Below, piece after piece: positions 10,061-20,328 of a stretch of 32,549 nt of DNA (the first letter of the stretch is position 1; each line of letters begins with the position of its first letter). The stretch spans positions 1-32,549 of the forward strand of contig NW_021832768.1 of NCBI RefSeq assembly GCF_006345805.1, written 5' to 3'. Source of the DNA: Octopus sinensis (taxonomy: Eukaryota). Below the pieces are notes generated by a model that was not told where the DNA came from, made no database searches, and saw only the letters and a program-made list of their open reading frames with translations. Both the position numbers and the translations under genes were made by a program.

Positions 10061-10827
10061 ATCATCATCGTTTAACGTCAGTGTTTCCATGCTAGCATGG
10101 GTTGGACGGTTCGACCGTCGTCTGGAAGCCAGGAGGCTGCACCAGGCTCCAATCTGATCAGGTATTGTCTCTACACTGGATGCCCTTCCTAACGCCAACC
10201 ACTCTGAGTTTAGAGGGCGCTTCTTACGTGCCACCAGCACAGGTACCCCAGGAGGCTGGCAACGGTCACGATCGGTTGGTGCTTTTTATGTGCCCCCAGC
10301 ACGGAAGCCAGTCAAGACGGCGGTGGCATCAACCTCGTTGAGATGGTGTTTTGTATGTGCCACTGGCACGGGTATCACAACTACAATTTCCATTTGATTT
10401 TTATTTCGATGTTGATGTACTTGACTCAGTAGGTCTCCTCAAGCACAGCAGGTCACCCTACGATCCAAGGTAAGCACAGTAGGCCGTCCTGCGATCCAAG
10501 GTATTTTCGATGGGTTGGGGCTGTTATGTGAAGCTGGTGCAGGAAACAGCCTCACGTTATTTGTCGGGTCTTCGCTGTCACAGCATATCTCCAGAGGTCT
10601 CGGTCTTTCGTCATTGCCTCTGTGAGGCCCAACGCTCGAAGATCAAGCTTGATCACCTTATTCCATGTCTTCCTGGGTCTACCTCTACCCCGAATACCTT
10701 CAACTGTTTGGGAGTGGCACGTCTTCGCACATCTCTCCTCATCCATCCGGAGTACATGACTATACCAGCGCAAACTTCTTTCTTGCATGCCACATCCGAT
10801 GCTTGTTATGTCCAGCATTTCTCTCAT
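10061..10827 (-). mobile_element. 5'-truncated RTE LINE: last ~90 codons plus ~490-nt 3' UTR and (GAT)n tail
   Basis: Minus ORF 10827-10552 reads ...RSLRWYSHVLRMDEERCAKTCHSQTVEGIRGRGRPRKTWNKVIKLDLRALGLTEAMTKDRDLWRYAVTAKTRQIT*; UTR units at 10228, 10290 and 10357; atcatcatc tail at 10061-10069; 31-bp tandem duplication at 10441-10502. Confidence 0.92.
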
Positions 10828-10860
10828 ATATATATATTATTTTATATATATTATATATAT

Positions 10861-11216
10861 TCAATTCGAATCGAAATCGAATTGAACCAGCCAGGACCCC
10901 TGGTCTGGTGGTACGTAAAAAGAACTATCCGACTCGTGGCCGATGCCAGCGCCGCCTCGACTGGCTTCCGTGCCGGTGGCACGTAAAATGCACCAATCCG
11001 ACCGTGGCCGTTGCCAGCCTCGCCTGGCACCTGTGCGGGTGGCACGTAAAAAGCACCCACTACACTCTCGGAGTGGTTGGCGTTAGGAAGGGCATCCAGC
11101 TGTAGAACATTGCCAGATAAGACTGGAGCCTGGTGCAGCCTTCTGGCTTCCCAGATCCCCGTCGAACCGTCCAACCCATGCTAGCAGGAGAATGGACATT
11201 AAACAATGATGATGAT
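10861..11216 (+). mobile_element. RTE LINE 3' UTR copy with (GAT)n tail
   Basis: Close homolog of 2889-3180; units at ~10902, 10970 and 11033; ends ggacattaaacaatgatgatgat. Confidence 0.88.
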
Positions 11217-11541
11217 TTTTTTTTATTTTATCTAGTTTCATCTCACGAGCTGTGACCATGCTGGGGCACCACCATTCTGCTGGGGCACCGCCATTATATA
11301 GATAGATATGATAGATATGATATATATAGATAGATAGATAGATAGATATATAGATAGGATATCTCTCTGTCTAAATGGAATAAGTATAAAAAAATATTGT
11401 CAATTTAATTAAAAAGGTCCATATGTGGCTGAAGAGTGCTCTACATTTGAAACTGATGTAATACTTACATTGATTAATTAAATGAAGTAGCATGAAACGA
11501 TTGTACTACACTACCTTTGGATATCCTTGTTGCTTGTATTG

Positions 11542-11587
<46 letters not shown>

Positions 11588-12007
11588 ATATATAATATAT
11601 ATATAGATATATATGGCGACTCCGGCACTCGGGCCATTCGAGCTTAGTCCCGAATATAAATGTAATAAGGTGGACGTGTATTTATAAGCTGATTTCTTGC
11701 CAACACTGACTTCAAGTATGTAATTGCAGCCAATAACTTGGGCTCCTTTATTGAGACTGGTCGCTGTTGGTTTATTTTCGTTCACCGTCTGAGTCAGAAA
11801 ATTCATTCGTAGTACGTTCTCTCGACATCGTTCACACGCGCCTGACTCGGGCTCAGAAGTTACAGCCCGAGTTCTTATCAATAATCGTAAAAATTAAAAT
11901 TAATTCAAATACAATATTTTCTTGAAACTATAAATTTTTTGAGAGATTAATATTTAAATTCAAATCCATGAAAACTTTCCGTTCTGTAATATTCTTAAAG
12001 GAACGTT

Positions 12008-12390
12008 ATATGAAATTGTCACCCATAGTTATGACCCTAGTATCGATCTATTGCATTTCAATCTGTTTTAGGGTTAGTTAGGGTTAGGGTTAGGGGTGAG
12101 GGAAGGGTATCTTTTTTTCTTCAGAAATGTAAATAAACCCAATCTGTTTCTTAAACGTGGGACATATTCATACGGCACAGAATGTTTTTTTTACCTCAAT
12201 AGACGTCATTGATTGGTTGAAATTGCAGAAATTGTAGAAAAAAACAACAAATATCTTACATACTATAGAATTTTCTCAATAAAGCCAAGAGAAAATGTTT
12301 TATAAACACATTCTACCAGTATACGAAGTTTAAAAGTTTTAGTTACGTGGAAATTACTTTTAAAAACTGCCGTTCAAACAGAAAAGATCC
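12008..12390. mobile_element. Probable non-autonomous DNA element/MITE fragment carrying TTAGGG repeats
   Basis: Non-coding; TTAGGG units at 12068-12096; ends aaaaactgccgttcaaacagaaaagatcc, which I recall as a terminal repeat of an octopus interspersed element. The matching left terminus is not visible, so TIRs are unproven. Confidence 0.5.
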
Positions 12391-12599
12391 GGAACGAAAA
12401 TTTATCCAGCAACTCGGGCTAATAGGAACGAGCCTGGTAGGTGTAAAAGACAAACTGGCATCTCTTGTCAAGATTACAAGCGACAGTCAGATCGCTGATG
12501 TTTGCTTGTGCACTCCCCTGTCGTAATTTCATTGCTCTTACTCTGTGCATCTGTGCGCAAAGATCAGTTGTGTTTTGCAGGGTTGCTTTATTTTAATCT

Positions 12600-12759
12600 T
12601 TAACTTAGAAACGGAGAAAGACATCGTGTTAGATGTAAAAAAAATAAGCCATTTGGGGCTAGAAATAAAGCGCGAAAACGTGAAATTCTTCGAGTAGAAA
12701 TGTGTCTTATACGAAGACTGTGATGAGCCCGTGTGACGCTGATGACCTGGAATCGCCCC

Positions 12760-12765
<6 letters not shown>
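12600..12765 (-). mobile_element. Possible Tc1/mariner terminal fragment
   Basis: Minus strand begins ta-tcagggggcgattcc at a TA run, similar to mariner TA-anchored termini; no transposase frame seen. Confidence 0.25.
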
Positions 12766-12838
<73 letters not shown>

Positions 12839-13048
12839 ATTCATGAACGTTTGCGCGTATATATATATGTATATATGTGTGGTGTGTGTGTGTATTCATG
12901 AACGTATGCGCGTATATATAATATATATATATGGTGTGTTGTGTGTGTGTGTTTCATGAACGTATGCGCGTATATATATATATATATAGATATATATATG
13001 TGTGTGTGTGTGGATTCATGAACGTATGCGCGTATATATATATATTAT

Positions 13049-13098
<50 letters not shown>

Positions 13099-13100
13099 GG
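12760..13100. repeat. Compound minisatellite: (TG)n-TTCATGAACGTATGCGCG-(TA)n, four copies
   Basis: Core tcatgaacgt(a/t)tgcgcgtata at ~12841, 12897, 12955 and 13017. Confidence 0.9.
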
Positions 13101-13102
13101 TC

Positions 13103-13370
13103 CATAAAGACACACCCGATGGTTTTGATGTCACGATGGGAAGATCTGCTTCAGCACAAGTAGCTGATTTGGTCTGAATATATATACTCCTGAAATGGCA
13201 GACCAGTTCCCAAACATCAATAGAGGTCGATATCGTGATGATTGTTTACTTTAGCTCCAAAATGTTTCTGACCAAAAAGTACAAAAGGTTAAGAATAGTT
13301 TAGTTAAGTTGTTTTTTTGCCGTAGAATGGGCTTAGGCATTGTCTTTAGGATGATGTAACGAAAGCCATC
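13103..13370 (+). mobile_element. Penelope-like element reverse-transcriptase remnant
   Basis: FDVTMGRSASAQVADLV*IYIL, then after a frameshift FPNINRGRYRDDCLL*LQNVSDQKVQKVKNSLVKLF; matches the PLE FDVTMGS.DGAE..ELVG.YIL and GLYRDDGL motifs; YRDD at 13231-13242. Confidence 0.85.
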
Positions 13371-13805
13371 TTTAAATGAAAAACAGTGGAAAAAACGATG
13401 ACTTTTTCAGTTGTTTTAATTCTTCAGTTTCTGGAAGAATTTCTTTAAAGTTATTTTGGACTCGAAGGTAAGTGAATTCATTTTTGATTTTTTCGTTTGA
13501 CTAGTGATTTTTCGATATATATCATGAACAGTTAGTTCATATGTACGTAGCAGTCAGGTCACTTTCGAGTGCTATTGGTAACATGTAACCCAATACAAGC
13601 TTGCTTGGTGAGGAGGGTGTTTTTTGACACCCTGCGGGATGAAAAACAAAACCGTCAAAGGGCGGAGGACCTCTCGAGAGTCAACGGCCATCCAATAAAT
13701 GTTAGCACGGGTACGCAGAAATTCCGGGATGGTGTCCGGCGTGCTGAAAGACCACTGGGAGTGAGGCGCCCTCACCTTTTGGTAAAGCAAGTCTCTTTAC
13801 CGCCA

Positions 13806-13990
13806 GTTGACAACCAGTGTTGGTGTGTTTATATTCCCCATAACTTTGAGGTTTGGTGCAAAGGAGACCAATAGAATAAGTACCAGACCTTAAAAACAAT
13901 TGTTCGACTAAAACCCTTCTTATCTCTCTCTTTCATATTCCATATGCCCCAGCATAGCTGCAGTCAAATGACTAAAGTAAAAGATAAAAG
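13806..13990 (+). mobile_element. SINE family A 3' half (degenerate)
   Basis: ttgacaaccagtgttggtgtgttt...gaccaatagaataagtacc...ttcgactaaaa...ccagcatagctgcagtcaaatgactaaagtaaaaga matches 4645-4810. Confidence 0.75.
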
Positions 13991-14019
13991 GTATATATAT
14001 AGGAATTGAAACCCATTCC

Positions 14020-14135
14020 TGGTGCAGTTTTGCCTTCAGGCAACGGCGACCACGGTGGAATTTGAACACAGAACGTAGCGGCAGATGAAATACCACAAAG
14101 CATTTCGCCCGGCGTGCTAACGTTTCTGCCAGCAC
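14020..14135 (-). mobile_element. SINE family C head
   Basis: ggaatttgaacacagaacgtagcggcagatgaaatacc...catttcgcccggcgtgctaacgtttctgccagc matches 9370-9450. Confidence 0.8.
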
Positions 14136-14142
14136 GCCACCT

Positions 14143-14292
14143 TCTTTCAGTTTCTGTCTACCAAATCCACTCCCAAGGCTGTGCTTGGTCTGGGTTAGTA
14201 GAAGACACTTGCCCAATGGCCACACAGTGGGACTGAACCCAGGATCATATGAGTGGGAAGCCAACTTCCCAACCACAAAGCCACACCTGCAC
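14143..14292 (-). mobile_element. SINE family A head
   Basis: Reverse complement of the 4411-4540 head (agaagacacttgccca...gtgggactgaaccc). Confidence 0.75.
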
Positions 14293-14852
14293 TCATGGCT
14301 TCTAATAATTAATTAGCATTAAGAGATGCAAATTAATAAACTTTGGCCCAAACCATGACTAAAAGTTAACAAAATTCATTCAGTCTCCTTTCATCGCATC
14401 AACCATCGAATGAGAAACCATTTCGAAAGAAAAAAAAGCTTTTCAACTTTTATTGTTCTTTACTGTTTTTTTTTTATTTGTTTGTCTTTTTAATGAACTT
14501 ATCTTTTGGTATCTGAGGGGTTTTGGTCAAACTTCCGCCACTGCCATCACCAACACCACCAGTGAAAAGTACAGAAGTACAAGTCTGAATAAAATCAAAT
14601 AAAACTCTGAAATCAGTGCTCCAGTGTGGCCACAGTCTGATTGGAACCAGTTAAAAATAAAAGGAAATGTCAGAAGTGAGTGATGTAGTCTTGACATGAT
14701 CAGGTTCGGTGTGAGCATTCCGTTGTTAGAACCATGACTAATTAATTCAGAGTTCTGTATTAGTTTAAATAACTCCATGGTGTTGAAGGTGACGTGGCGG
14801 AGGAGGACGTGTTCTGAGCTCTGTTGAGTCATTGAGGGCTTTTTGGGTTACA

Positions 14853-14965
14853 AGCCAAGTGAGACCATAACCTCATGGCCTATGCCAGCGGGTGTAACCA
14901 GCCTACTTATGCGTACCTTTCCTTCATTGGACACTAAACTCTGCTTGCAAAGACCTGTTGAGGCT
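14853..14965 (+). mobile_element. Internal fragment of the RTE 3' UTR (same subfamily as 17182-17659)
   Basis: caagtgagaccataacc...ggcct...ccagcctacttatg...ggacactaaactct...aagacctgttgaggc aligns to the reverse complement of 17537-17645. Confidence 0.7.
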
Positions 14966-15782
14966 CACTGTCCAAGGCTACGACCCCCCAATGAGCGCTA
15001 TGGGGGCCAGGGCTCGGCTCGGCTATATACAAATATAGGTGTGTGTGTATGTGTATATATATATGTATATACAAATATATGTGTATATGTGTATGTTTAT
15101 ACGGTTTGGATTTCTATTAACAACGACCACCTGCATGATTAGCAATAAAATAATTCGTTTTTTTGGTGGCTGGGTGTCAGAAAATTTGAACTAGTCTGCT
15201 GGGTTTAACTTTTAGATTAGTCATGCGTTGCTAAAGAGGAGGGAAATTTAGATAAATTTTATAAAGGCAGTACAGTAGGCATAGAGCCCACTTTAATTCT
15301 ACTACACTTGCCTCTTATATACATAGTTTAAAGAGTAATGAGAAAAGATATTCTTTGGAATGGTCTGTTATTTTGAGGGACCCTTACTTCAGAGTAAATA
15401 TAAATAAGTATAAGCTATGTGTTAAGGAATCCCTTCCATCCTTAAGTTTTTTGGGCCCAAAACTTTAAATTTGCTGAGGTGATCCCTTTCTGTAACCATA
15501 GGTTTTCATCTACTCTTTGAAAGTGTATAGAAATAAAAATGGTTGTATAAATTGTATAGGCTTACGGGAATTTGAAACCGGCGCGTTTGAATTTCTATTA
15601 ACAACAACCACTTGCATGTTTAAGTAATGAAATAATGTTGTTTTTCTTTTGTGGGTCTTAGAAAATTTGAATAGCATTGTCGATGCGAGTTGTGCATTGT
15701 TGTACTTTGGATACTGTTATATTTTTGAGATTTGTTAATTGTTGTTAATGTTGTTTCTTTTTCTTCCCCATTTTTGGGTGAA

Positions 15783-17028
15783 ATGGAGGAACAACGAATA
15801 GGCAGTTACGCCGCGGTGGCGGGCAAAAGCCTGCCAGCTGACATTCTGCGATTGAAAGAATTGGTGTTGGAGCAGAAGGATTTCGGAAAGTACAAGGATT
15901 ATTTAAAAAAGAGGGAGACTGCCTTAGGCTGATACCCCCGGGAGAAGCGATGGAAAGAGCAGAGAGGAAAATAATAATATACAGAATGCTGGATGTAGAA
16001 ACAAAAAGAGTGGAAGTAGCAGATGAATGCCTGAGCGAAGTGAAGGGAGTAACGACGTTTTATACTCGGGGAAGGAAGTACGGCACGGTGGAGGTTCACT
16101 TCGTGAATGAGGAGGAAACGAAAAAGTACTCCACGATGCTGTTGAGATCAGCCAGGTGGGCACTTTTGCCAACCTAATGTGGTAAAAGAGTGGCAAGAGT
16201 ACAGATAGGGAGAGTGCCACCCAAAATAGAGGAGGAATGGCTGTTGGAAGCTATCCTGTACAACTGTGAGGAGGAGACCAAGATTATCAAGGTGGCAAAA
16301 TTGGCTGAGATAAACTGATGGGGATTTAGACTGGAAATCTTGCAATATAACCCTGCCTGACTTGCACAAGATAGCAGAGAGTTGGTGCTCCCCGATGACA
16401 CCCGGCTGAGAATTGTGGTGGAGGGGAAGCCTCCAATATGTTATAATTGCGGTACAAGAGGACACATGAAGGCAAGGTGTCCCCAGAGACGAGGAAAGAA
16501 CGGAGAACTAAGCAGAGTGGAGGAAGTAATAGTGGTGGAGGAAAAGGAGGAGGAAATAGGGGCAGAAAAAGAACAAGTGCGGAGTCACCGCCCAAAACTG
16601 AAAAAGAAGAAAAAAGCGGTAAAAGTACAAGAGAAAAAATTAGTAGAGAAAAGAGACGAGTGAAAATCGAACCCCAGAGCCAACAACAAGAAGGAGAGAA
16701 GAAATAGACAAGAGGAGAAATATGAGGAGTGAAAGGGGAAGTAAGGAGGAGAATGGAATATGTGAGGCAAAAAAAGCAGCCGACTGAATGATGATAATTT
16801 ACGATAAGATTGTGTGAATTGAGGAAAAGATTGCAAAGGTGAAGAATTTAATAAGAGTAAGACTGGATGAAGAGGTGTTTGGTAGCGAGGAAAGAGCAGT
16901 ACTGTTGGAGAGAGAGAGAGTCGAGAAATTGACGGAATTGTTTGGAACAAGAATAAGGAAAACTGGACTGTACATTTCAAAGAAAGCAACGAGAATGAAA
17001 TTCTTTGAAAACCAAAAAAAAAAAAAAA
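15783..17028 (+). mobile_element. Decayed gag/ORF1-like retroelement gene with a CCHC zinc knuckle, ending in poly(A); no ORF2 seen
   Basis: ATG at 15783 gives MEEQRIGSYAAVAG; one frameshift at ~15930 and several stops; ...LPDDTRLRIVVEGKPPI-CYNCGTRGHMKARC (C-X2-C-X4-H-X4-C, 16439-16480); long K/E-rich tail; A15 at 17014-17028. The layout resembles L1/Tx1-type ORF1p. Confidence 0.75.
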
Positions 17029-17033
17029 GAAAG

Positions 17034-17791
17034 TTTTTTTCGAGAATATGTTTACTTTAATATTTGTGTCTTTGTGAAATAGATGTTGGTTGGATTATGT
17101 TCTTCATTATCTTTGTATTAATGGCGGTGGAGAAGGATGGCGTTCCAGTGTCTTTTGTTTATTTGAACTCATAAAATTCATAATCATCATCATCGTTTAG
17201 CGTCCGCTTTCCATGCTGGCATGGGTTGGACGGTTCAACTGGGGTCTGGGAAGCCAGCAGGCCCAGTCTGATCTGGCAATGTTTCTACGGCTGGATGCCC
17301 TTCCTAACGCCAACCACTCCTTGGGTGTAGTGGGTGCTTTTTACGTGCCACCGGCACAGGTGCCAGACGCGTCTGGCAAACGGCCACGATTCGATGGTGA
17401 TTTTTACGTGCCACCGGCATGAGGCCAGTCGCGGTGGCGCTGGCAACAGCCACGTTCGGATGGTTCACTTGCGTGCCACCGGCACTAGTATCACAGCTGC
17501 AATTTCCATTGATGCTGATCGATTACGATTCTCACTTGCCTCAACAGGTCTTCACACGTAGAGTTTTGTGTCCCCAAGAAGGAGGTATATTCATAAGTGG
17601 ACTGGCTACATCCCGTGTAGAGGCCACGGGTTATGGTCTCACTTGTCCTGCCGGGTCTTGTGTAATTAAAATTACTTCATCAGTAAATGAAGGATTTAAA
17701 AATATTCTTCCTTCCCCCCATCCCCATCCACTCTAATACTCCAATATAAATATCTTTTATAGGTAATTCCAGCCTGAAGAATTCAATATGT

Positions 17792-17825
<34 letters not shown>

Positions 17826-18968
17826 TTTTAGTCAGTTGTCTGTTTGCTCAACAATATCAAAAATATGTTTGGGAAATTATGGCATACATTCGTTTGCTTC
17901 CTGGAAAACTGAAAATTGAGAATAATTTTTTAGCCTGAAGAGAAGGTGTGGAAGGATGAGCGGGAGGAGAGGTGGTGGTGGTGGGGAAGACTCTTGTAAA
18001 GGATTATTCCTGTTGAAATTAAGTAATGAGATTATTAACTGAAAATATGTAAACTTCTTGTTCAATTATCAATGTCCCTTAAGTGTTGCATTATCTACAC
18101 AAGTGCAATCTCTGAAATAATTTGAAAACAGCTAAATTGAATTGAGAAGAAATAATTAAATTAAAAACAGAATACATTGATAATGCTTGTTCTTTTCTGA
18201 AGAATTATATTTGACAGAAGGAATTACACAAAGTTGTTGTTTTTAACAATGCTGTTCAAATATTTGCTTTTAAATTTCTCATTTCTATATTAAAAATATA
18301 TAACACTGCTCCTAATGAAAACTGTTTTTCTTTTCTTTTTATCTTGTTTTAAATTTAAATTTTTAAAATCAAACAAAATGTATTAAGGGGTAAACGTAGT
18401 GACTTCATACAAAATTTTAATATGAAACAAATTCACAAACTGGAATAAAAACAAAAAAATTATCATACTTCAAATAAACTTGCAGACATAAGTCCATTAA
18501 AGGCATCATTATGAAAACATATTCAAAATTTGGTTATTAATAACCAAATAGTAGAAACCGATTGACAAGATGAGACATTTCAAATAGATTTTTTATAATG
18601 AACTGCTGTCAAATGTAAATAAAGGAAATGTTAACACAGGAGATAATGACTGCGAACGATCTGCTAATTAAAGTGCAATTAGCAACATGGGTGATGGTTT
18701 AATTAGCAACACTCACTGGTAAAGAAAAACAGGGATTACCTCCTCTTGCCTTTCAACTCCATCCAAGCATGTTCCATGCATTAAATACCTGCCAGTTGTT
18801 ACTTGGGGATTCGACAGGATTGTTAGCGGATTGCTTAGAATGTATTGAAGTAGTCATTCTGGCATTCTGTGCCCTGAGTTCAAATCCCATCAACGTCAAC
18901 TTTGCTTTTTCATTCTTTCAATACAACATCAGGTACTGAAAGGAATACATCATTATATTTTGCACTCT

Positions 18969-19000
<32 letters not shown>

Positions 19001-19538
19001 TCCTCTCTCTCTCTCTCTCTTTCTCACTTTTCTTTGAAAGATTTCCACTGTGTTTGAACAGAGAGAGGGGTTAGCTACATCATGTTTAAAATACCCAAAT
19101 ATGAGTGTGAGGAAGGCGTCCATATGATTCTGACAACATATGATGACTGAAGACAGGGAATGGATATGAATAGACCCCCTCATCAATAGATATACCCAAT
19201 ACTCAATCCTATTGAACAACCACAGTTATCTGTGGTAGTAGTAAGTACATCAGATAAAAATGCTATCTGATGCGTCTACTGAAAATCTAAGCAGGGTCCT
19301 GTCAAACTGTTCCTGTCTATTTATTTGCACAAGCTAATAATGAACCAATGAGAGATCGTGTATGTGGTGGTTAGGTCTGTTAGATGTAGCAGCCACATCT
19401 GCCTCGTATCTTAAAACAAGGACATGTGAACTCACATGGTTATATGGTCATTGCAAATAGGAAAAAGACAGGATGGTCACAGCTAGAATGCTTTTGATCT
19501 CAGGCCTGCACAGTCAGGGTTGACCAAGGGCTAAACAA
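17034..19538 (+). repeat. Local duplication, copy A (contains the RTE insertion and an extra 886-bp segment)
   Basis: 17034-17181, 17660-17768 and 18655-19538 are collinear and near-identical with 22221-23368. Confidence 0.95.
17182..17659 (-). mobile_element. 5'-truncated RTE LINE insertion (last six codons KTRQDK* plus 3' UTR and GAT tail)
   Basis: Minus aag acc cgg cag gac aag TGA (17659-17639) parallels KTRQIT* of the 10552 element; UTR units at 17345, 17408 and 17473; absent from copy B at 22368/22369. Confidence 0.9.
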
Positions 19539-19566
19539 CAAATTTGTTCACAAGGGATGTATGTAT

Positions 19567-19890
19567 GTTTATCCCTCCAACACCGATTGACAACCGGTGC
19601 TATTGTGTTCATGTCCCCGTAACTTAGCGTTTCGTCAAAAAGAGAAAGATAGATTAAATACTAGGCCCACAAAGAATAAGTCCTGGTTTCGATTTTCTCG
19701 AATAAAGGCGCTGTTGCGGCATGGAATATTATATATATATATATGTGTGTGGTGTGTGTGGTGTGTGTGTGTGTGTGTTGTGGCCGATAGGTTAAATACT
19801 AGGCCTACAAAGTATAAGTCCTGGTGTCGATTTAAACGAATAAAGGCATTGCTCCACCATGGCCGCAGTCAAATGATTGAAAAATTAAGT
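19567..19890 (+). mobile_element. SINE family A 3' part with an internally duplicated tail separated by TA/TG repeats
   Basis: taaatactaggcc.acaaag.ataagtcctgg..tcgattt...cgaataaaggc occurs at ~19655-19712 and ~19790-19848. Confidence 0.75.
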
Positions 19891-20296
19891 GTATAAAACA
19901 GAAAATAACTACCAGAAAGTTTATATTCTCTTAACTACAATAATTAAGGGAGATACTGAAAATCAACTTTTAGAATTACTTCCCTTCAAATATTAATAGA
20001 AGACATGACAGTTTAAGATGTAGGTGCGTTTGTTTTTCGCATGCGAAGGGCACGCTTGCATTCCTGCAAGAAGAGACAAACATACACATGCAAATTTTCT
20101 GCTGTTCACTTTAACAAATAAACATTGACTAGCTTATAATTACATTTAATTACACAGGAAAACTATGTAAAGTACTCACCCTATCCAGTACTACCCTTTG
20201 GACATGATCGGGTTTTCTTTTGATTTAGATAGTATATATATGTGTATGTGGGTATTACATGTGTATATGTTAATGGATGGATTATGTATATAAATA

Positions 20297-20327
<31 letters not shown>

Positions 20328-20328
<1 letters not shown>

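Noticed and set aside
10061-11216. Twin-priming inversion of a single RTE insertion
   Set aside because: Both arms have their own 3' (GAT)n tail and overlap in element coordinates, which twin priming would not produce.
12068-12096. True telomere or chromosome-fusion scar
   Set aside because: Only four TTAGGG units, in one orientation, inside an apparent interspersed element.
13428-13473. Possible 40-bp plus-strand micro-exon (ttcttcAG...gaag|GTAAGT)
   Set aside because: Too short to support from sequence alone; such site pairs arise by chance in AT-rich DNA.
20173-20230. Minus-strand donor AGG|GTGAGT (and another GTAAGT at ~11462-11469)
   Set aside because: No good acceptor or recognisable reading frame upstream.
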